21,024 nucleotides of DNA from Gemmatimonadota bacterium (GTDB lineage Bacteria; Gemmatimonadota; Gemmatimonadetes; Gemmatimonadales; GWC2-71-9): positions 1-21,024 of the forward strand of contig QHTZ01000022.1 in the NCBI GenBank assembly GCA_003221005.1. Direction: 5' to 3'. Below, one piece after another: positions 17,001 to 21,024 of this stretch; the first letter of the stretch is position 1; each line of letters begins with the position of its first letter. A program made the translations under genes and the position numbers. The notes under the pieces were generated by a model. That model saw only the letters and a list, made by a program, of their open reading frames with translations. It did not search any database and was not told where the DNA came from.

Positions 17001-17972
17001 GTGTCCGACGCCACCCGTCCCTCTTCCCCCGTCCCTCTTCCCCTAGTAATCGATACCGACCCCGGCATCGACGACACCCTCGCGCTGTATCTCGCGCTGA
17101 ATTCGCCGGAGCTCGATGTGCGGGGAATCTCGGTCTCGTACGGCAACACGACCGTCGAGAACGCCTACCGCAACGTCGTCGAGATCCTGCGGCAGGGGGG
17201 CAAGCGGGCGCGGCTCGCCGTGGGGGCGCGCCGCCCGATCGCGCGCCCGTTGCGCACAGCGCGCGAGACGCACGGCGCGACGGGGCTCGGCTACGCGGCG
17301 GTCCCACCCGCGGGGGTGATTCTCGATTTCGTGCGGCCGTTGGAGCGGTTGCTGGCGGAGCAGGAAGATCGCGTCACGCTCGTGACGCTCGGACCACTCA
17401 CGAGTCTCGCCCTCGCGCTGCGGCGCGAGCCGGAGCTCGTCCGGGCCAAGGTGGCGCGCCACATCGCCATGGTCGGCAACCTCAAGGCGAAGGGCAATAC
17501 CACCAAGTTCGCCGAGTTCAACGCCTGGTGCGACCCCGAAGCGCTCGCGACCGTGCTCGCAGCGGAGCTGCCGAGCGAGATGGTGGGGCTCGACGTGACG
17601 CGCCAGGTCGTGCTCTCGGCGGCGGACGTGAGCCGGCTCGGCGCGAGCGAGGCGCCGCGCGCGCGCTGGCTGTTCGAGGCGCTGCGCTTCTACGTGGAGT
17701 TCCACCGCGACCACGAGGGGCTCGAGGGGTGCGTGGTGAACGACGTGCTGCCGATCGCGGCGCTGCTCGAGCCCACGGTGCTCACGTTCCAGCCGGTGCG
17801 GATCGCGGTCGATCTGAATGAGGATGACCGCCGCGGCCGCACGCGTGAGACGAAAGACGGCGCCGCCGCGTTGTTCGCCCGGGAGGTGCAGGTGGACGCC
17901 GTGCGGTCGCTGCTCTCGAAGCGGGTATTCCGCTGGGCTACGGCGGCGGAGCCCGCGGGAGCGGCGCGGTGA
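17001..17972 (+). CDS. Nucleoside hydrolase family protein
   Basis: DTDPGIDD, YGN, HG.TGLG, LGPLT, AEFNAWCDPEA, VGLDVT. Confidence 0.9.
   Translation: MSDATRPSSPVPLPLVIDTDPGIDDTLALYLALNSPELDVRGISVSYGNTTVENAYRNVVEILRQGGKRARLAVGARRPIARPLRTARETHGATGLGYAAVPPAGVILDFVRPLERLLAEQEDRVTLVTLGPLTSLALALRREPELVRAKVARHIAMVGNLKAKGNTTKFAEFNAWCDPEALATVLAAELPSEMVGLDVTRQVVLSAADVSRLGASEAPRARWLFEALRFYVEFHRDHEGLEGCVVNDVLPIAALLEPTVLTFQPVRIAVDLNEDDRRGRTRETKDGAAALFAREVQVDAVRSLLSKRVFRWATAAEPAGAAR
17015..17042. repeat. (CCGTCCC TCTTCCC)2 array in the nucleoside hydrolase N-terminus
   Basis: Same units as the nadE right arm; encodes RPSSPVPLP before the conserved LVIDTD. Confidence 0.8.
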
Positions 17973-18922
17973 CCGCGCTCCCCCACAAGGTGGCGGTGAT
18001 CGGCGCAGGAGAGATCGGCTGCGGCTGGGCCGCCCTGTGCGCGTCCGCGGGGTGGCCGGTGACCGTGTTCGACGCGAGCGCCCGCACCCTGGAGCGCGCC
18101 TCCATCGAGGTGCCGCGCCGCGCCCGCGCGCTCGTCGCGCTCGAGCGGGCGACGCAGGGGATCGTGGAGCGCGGCCTGCTCGAGTTCCAGCAGGGCCGGA
18201 GTCTGCTGCAGGCGGTGCAGGACGCCGACTGGGTGATCGAGGCGATCCCCGAGGACCTGCTCGCCAAACAGAAACTGTTCGCCGCGGTCGAGGAGGTCGC
18301 GGGCGCGGAAACGCTCGTCACAAGCTCCTCGAGCGGGCTGCCGCCGAGCGAGGTGTTCGCCCGCTGCCGCCGTCAGGATCGCTGCCTCGTCGCGCACCCG
18401 CTCAATCCCCCGGAGCTGATCCCGCTCGTGGAAGTCGTGCCGAGCCCGCGCACCGGTGCGCCGTGGGTGACCAGGGCCCACGACTACCTCCAGGCCCTCG
18501 GCCGGATGCCGATCGTGATCCGGAAGGCGGTGCCGGGCTACGTGGTGGGTCGCGTCTCGGCGGCGGTGTGGCGAGAGTGCGTGGACCTGGTGCTCACGGG
18601 TGTGATCGACGTGGACGGCCTGGATCGCGCGGTGTCGCTCGGACCCGCGTTCGGTTGGGCCGCCGCGGGACCGCACCTCACGTATCACCTCGCGGCGGGA
18701 GAGGGGGGCGTGACCCTGTTCCTACAGCGGCTGCTCGCGAGCTTCGAGGAGTGGTGGAGCGGGCTCGCAACCTGGAACCGGCTCGAGCCCGAGCAGCAGC
18801 GGGCGCTGATCCAGGCGATCGACCGGGCGTACAAGGGGAAGCTCGCCGCGCTCGGGGAGGCACGCGACAAAAGGCTTAGCGCGCTGCTCCGGGCTCTCGA
18901 GCAGGCGCGGACGGAAGTGTAG
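17969..18922 (+). CDS. 3-hydroxyacyl-CoA dehydrogenase family protein (gulonate/carnitine dehydrogenase-like)
   Basis: VIGAGEIG, EAIPEDL..K, SSSSG, HPLNPPELIPLVEVV; GTGA overlap with the upstream gene. Confidence 0.88.
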   Translation: MTALPHKVAVIGAGEIGCGWAALCASAGWPVTVFDASARTLERASIEVPRRARALVALERATQGIVERGLLEFQQGRSLLQAVQDADWVIEAIPEDLLAKQKLFAAVEEVAGAETLVTSSSSGLPPSEVFARCRRQDRCLVAHPLNPPELIPLVEVVPSPRTGAPWVTRAHDYLQALGRMPIVIRKAVPGYVVGRVSAAVWRECVDLVLTGVIDVDGLDRAVSLGPAFGWAAAGPHLTYHLAAGEGGVTLFLQRLLASFEEWWSGLATWNRLEPEQQRALIQAIDRAYKGKLAALGEARDKRLSALLRALEQARTEV

Positions 18923-19351
18923 TCATTTCGGCTGGGCCCGCACCATCAGCACCGGCACGAACGTCTTGTGCCGCAGCTCGCTCGCCACGCTGCCGCGCAC
19001 GACGTCGTTGAGGCCGCGGTGTCCGTGCGTCGCCATCGCGATCAGGTCGCAGCGCTCCCGCGTCGCCGCCTCGGCGATCTCCGTGGCCGGATCACCCGCC
19101 GCGAGCACGGCGTCGGCCTCGAACCCGTCCCCGCGCAGCGCCGCGGAGGCGCGCTCCAGGTAGGCGCGATCCTCCCGCATCTCCTCGGATTCCCGCAGAT
19201 CAAGCTGCTTGATGTTGCGCGCCGCCCAGCCGTCGGCCACATGGATCAGCACGAGCGCCGAGCCGTGGTGGCGCGCGAGCTCGCGCACGTACGTCAGGAT
19301 CGTCTGGTCGTAGGAGGAGTTTTCGAGCGGCACCAGGATGCGGGAGTACAT
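18923..19351 (-). CDS. Universal stress protein
   Basis: [33 protein letters not shown]; ATG overlaps the mntH stop. Confidence 0.92.
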   Translation of the reverse strand: MYSRILVPLENSSYDQTILTYVRELARHHGSALVLIHVADGWAARNIKQLDLRESEEMREDRAYLERASAALRGDGFEADAVLAAGDPATEIAEAATRERCDLIAMATHGHRGLNDVVRGSVASELRHKTFVPVLMVRAQPK

Positions 19352-20700
19352 CACCCCGCCCGGCCGCGGACGACCTGCACCAAGAGCCACGAGTTGAGCA
19401 CGGCGATGGCGACGGCCACCGCGTAGGCGAGCGCCTTCAGCCAGGCGGGGTTCACGAACTCGCCCATCTTGGCGCGCTCGGACGTGAAACGCACGAGCGG
19501 GAACACGGCAAAGGACAGCTGCACGCTCAGGATCACCTGGCTCAGAATCAGGAGCTTCGCAGTGCCACTCTCCCCGAAGAAGATAGCCGTGAGCGCGGCG
19601 GGCACAATCGCGATGGCGCGCGTGATGAGCCGCCGCAGCCAGGGGCGGATGCGGATATTGAGGAAGCCCTCCATCACGATCTGACCGGCGAGCGTCCCCG
19701 TCAGGGTCGAGTTCTGGCCCGACGCGAGCAGGGCGAGCGCGAATACCATGCTCGCGCCGCCCACGCCCAGTAACGGTGTGAGCAGCCGGTACGCCTCCTG
19801 GATCTCGGCGACCTCCGTGTGGCCCGAGACGTGGAACGTCGCGGCCGCGACGATCAGGATCGCGGCGTTGATTCCCAGGGCGATTGTGAGCGCGATCGTC
19901 GAGTCGAGGAACGCGAACCGCACCGCCGTGCGCCGGCCCGCCGCAGTCTCGTCGTAGGCGCGCGTCTGTACGATCGATGAGTGCAAGTAGAGGTTGTGCG
20001 GCATCACGGTCGCGCCCAGGATCCCCATGGCGATGTAGAGCTGGTCACGGTCCCCGAGCAGCGACGCGTGCGGGACGAACCCCGCCGCGATCCCCGGCCA
20101 CGAGGGCCCCGAGATCAGGATCTCGAACAGGAAGCAGCCCGCGATGGTCGTAATGAGCGCCAGCACCAGAGCCTCGAGCAGCCGGAAGCCCTTGTTCTGG
20201 AGGTAGAGCACGATGAGCACGTCCAGCGCCGTGATGACGATCCCCCATGGCAGCGGGATCCCGAACAGGAGATTGAGCCCGATCGCCGAGCCGATCACCT
20301 CGGCGAGATCGCAGGCGGCGATCGCGAGCTCGCACACGATCCACAGCGCCAGGTTGACGGGACGCGAGTAGTGATCGCGGCACGCCTGTGCGAGGTCGCG
20401 ACCCGTGACGATGCCGAGCTTCGCGGCGAGGCCCTGGAGCAGGATCGCCATGAGATTCGAGACCAGGACGACGGAGAGGAGCGCGTAACCGAAGCGCGAG
20501 CCGCCGGCCAGGTCGGTCGCCCAGTTGCCGGGATCCATGTATCCCACGGCGACGAGATACCCGGGGCCGGAGAACGCGAGCGCCTTGCGCCACCACGCTC
20601 CCTGGGCGACCGGGATGGTGCGATAAACCTCGACGAGGCTCGGGGCGACGCGCGGCTGACGCCACCCCTGCTCCGTGACGGCGCCGTTGACAGCGCTCAC
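19351..20700 (-). CDS. mntH: Nramp divalent metal transporter
   Basis: [37 protein letters not shown]; GTG 20700 overlaps the upstream stop (GTGA). Confidence 0.95.
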   Translation of the reverse strand: MSAVNGAVTEQGWRQPRVAPSLVEVYRTIPVAQGAWWRKALAFSGPGYLVAVGYMDPGNWATDLAGGSRFGYALLSVVLVSNLMAILLQGLAAKLGIVTGRDLAQACRDHYSRPVNLALWIVCELAIAACDLAEVIGSAIGLNLLFGIPLPWGIVITALDVLIVLYLQNKGFRLLEALVLALITTIAGCFLFEILISGPSWPGIAAGFVPHASLLGDRDQLYIAMGILGATVMPHNLYLHSSIVQTRAYDETAAGRRTAVRFAFLDSTIALTIALGINAAILIVAAATFHVSGHTEVAEIQEAYRLLTPLLGVGGASMVFALALLASGQNSTLTGTLAGQIVMEGFLNIRIRPWLRRLITRAIAIVPAALTAIFFGESGTAKLLILSQVILSVQLSFAVFPLVRFTSERAKMGEFVNPAWLKALAYAVAVAIAVLNSWLLVQVVRGRAG

Positions 20701-21024
20701 CGGACCGCCTCGCGGCACCACAAGAGCTGCGCCAGCTCGCGTCCCACGACGCGCGTGCCTGCCTCCAACGCGACCGTCGTCGGGCCGTTGAACGGCTGGC
20801 GGCCGGTGATCGTCAGGACCACTCCGGGAACGAGCCCCTGCTCCGCCAGGTAGCGCAGCCGCGCGGGATCCTCGGTGCCCACCTGACGCAGCTCGAGCAC
20901 GGCGCCTACCCGGGCGTCGGCGAGTGAAGTGAGGTCGGTCTCCTCGATCTCTCCCGCGGCGGTGGGAATCGGGGCGCCGTGCGGATCGTAGTGTGGATCG
21001 CCCAGCGCGCCCGCCATGCGCTCG
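20697..21024 (-). CDS. mntR: DtxR/MntR-family metalloregulator, C-terminal part (runs off the window)
   Basis: [13 protein letters not shown] dimerisation motif followed by a FeoA-like domain ([17 protein letters not shown]). Confidence 0.85.
   Translation of the reverse strand, partial: ERMAGALGDPHYDPHGAPIPTAAGEIEETDLTSLADARVGAVLELRQVGTEDPARLRYLAEQGLVPGVVLTITGRQPFNGPTTVALEAGTRVVGRELAQLLWCREAVR

Overview
High-GC bacterial chromosomal window; the gene set suggests Gemmatimonadota (inference). The left edge (1-~900) is a decayed accessory patch of gene fragments plus a degenerate HicB, next to the 3' end of a tRNA-Ala(CGC)/tRNA-Gln(CTG) pair. The rest is mostly housekeeping: SRPBCC protein, rnz, mlaE-F-D, short MutY, DUF2203, patatin, acyl-CoA thioesterase, YfcC transporter, fused glutaminase-NadE, DUF4384-like protein (broken by a probable poly-C artefact), orphan TupA, DUF442-like protein, SnoaL protein, a Cys/His secreted protein with a propeller-TlpA lipoprotein, nucleoside hydrolase, 3-hydroxyacyl-CoA dehydrogenase family protein and mntR-mntH-usp. 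The main unexplained signal is a dense set of short tandem-repeat arrays (7-, 8- and 10-nt units). They are often arranged as inverted pairs of about 30-bp arms, sit in promoters, over start/stop codons and in-frame inside conserved genes, and several are surrounded by a halo of A/T-ending codons. No transposase, integrase or CRISPR array was found.
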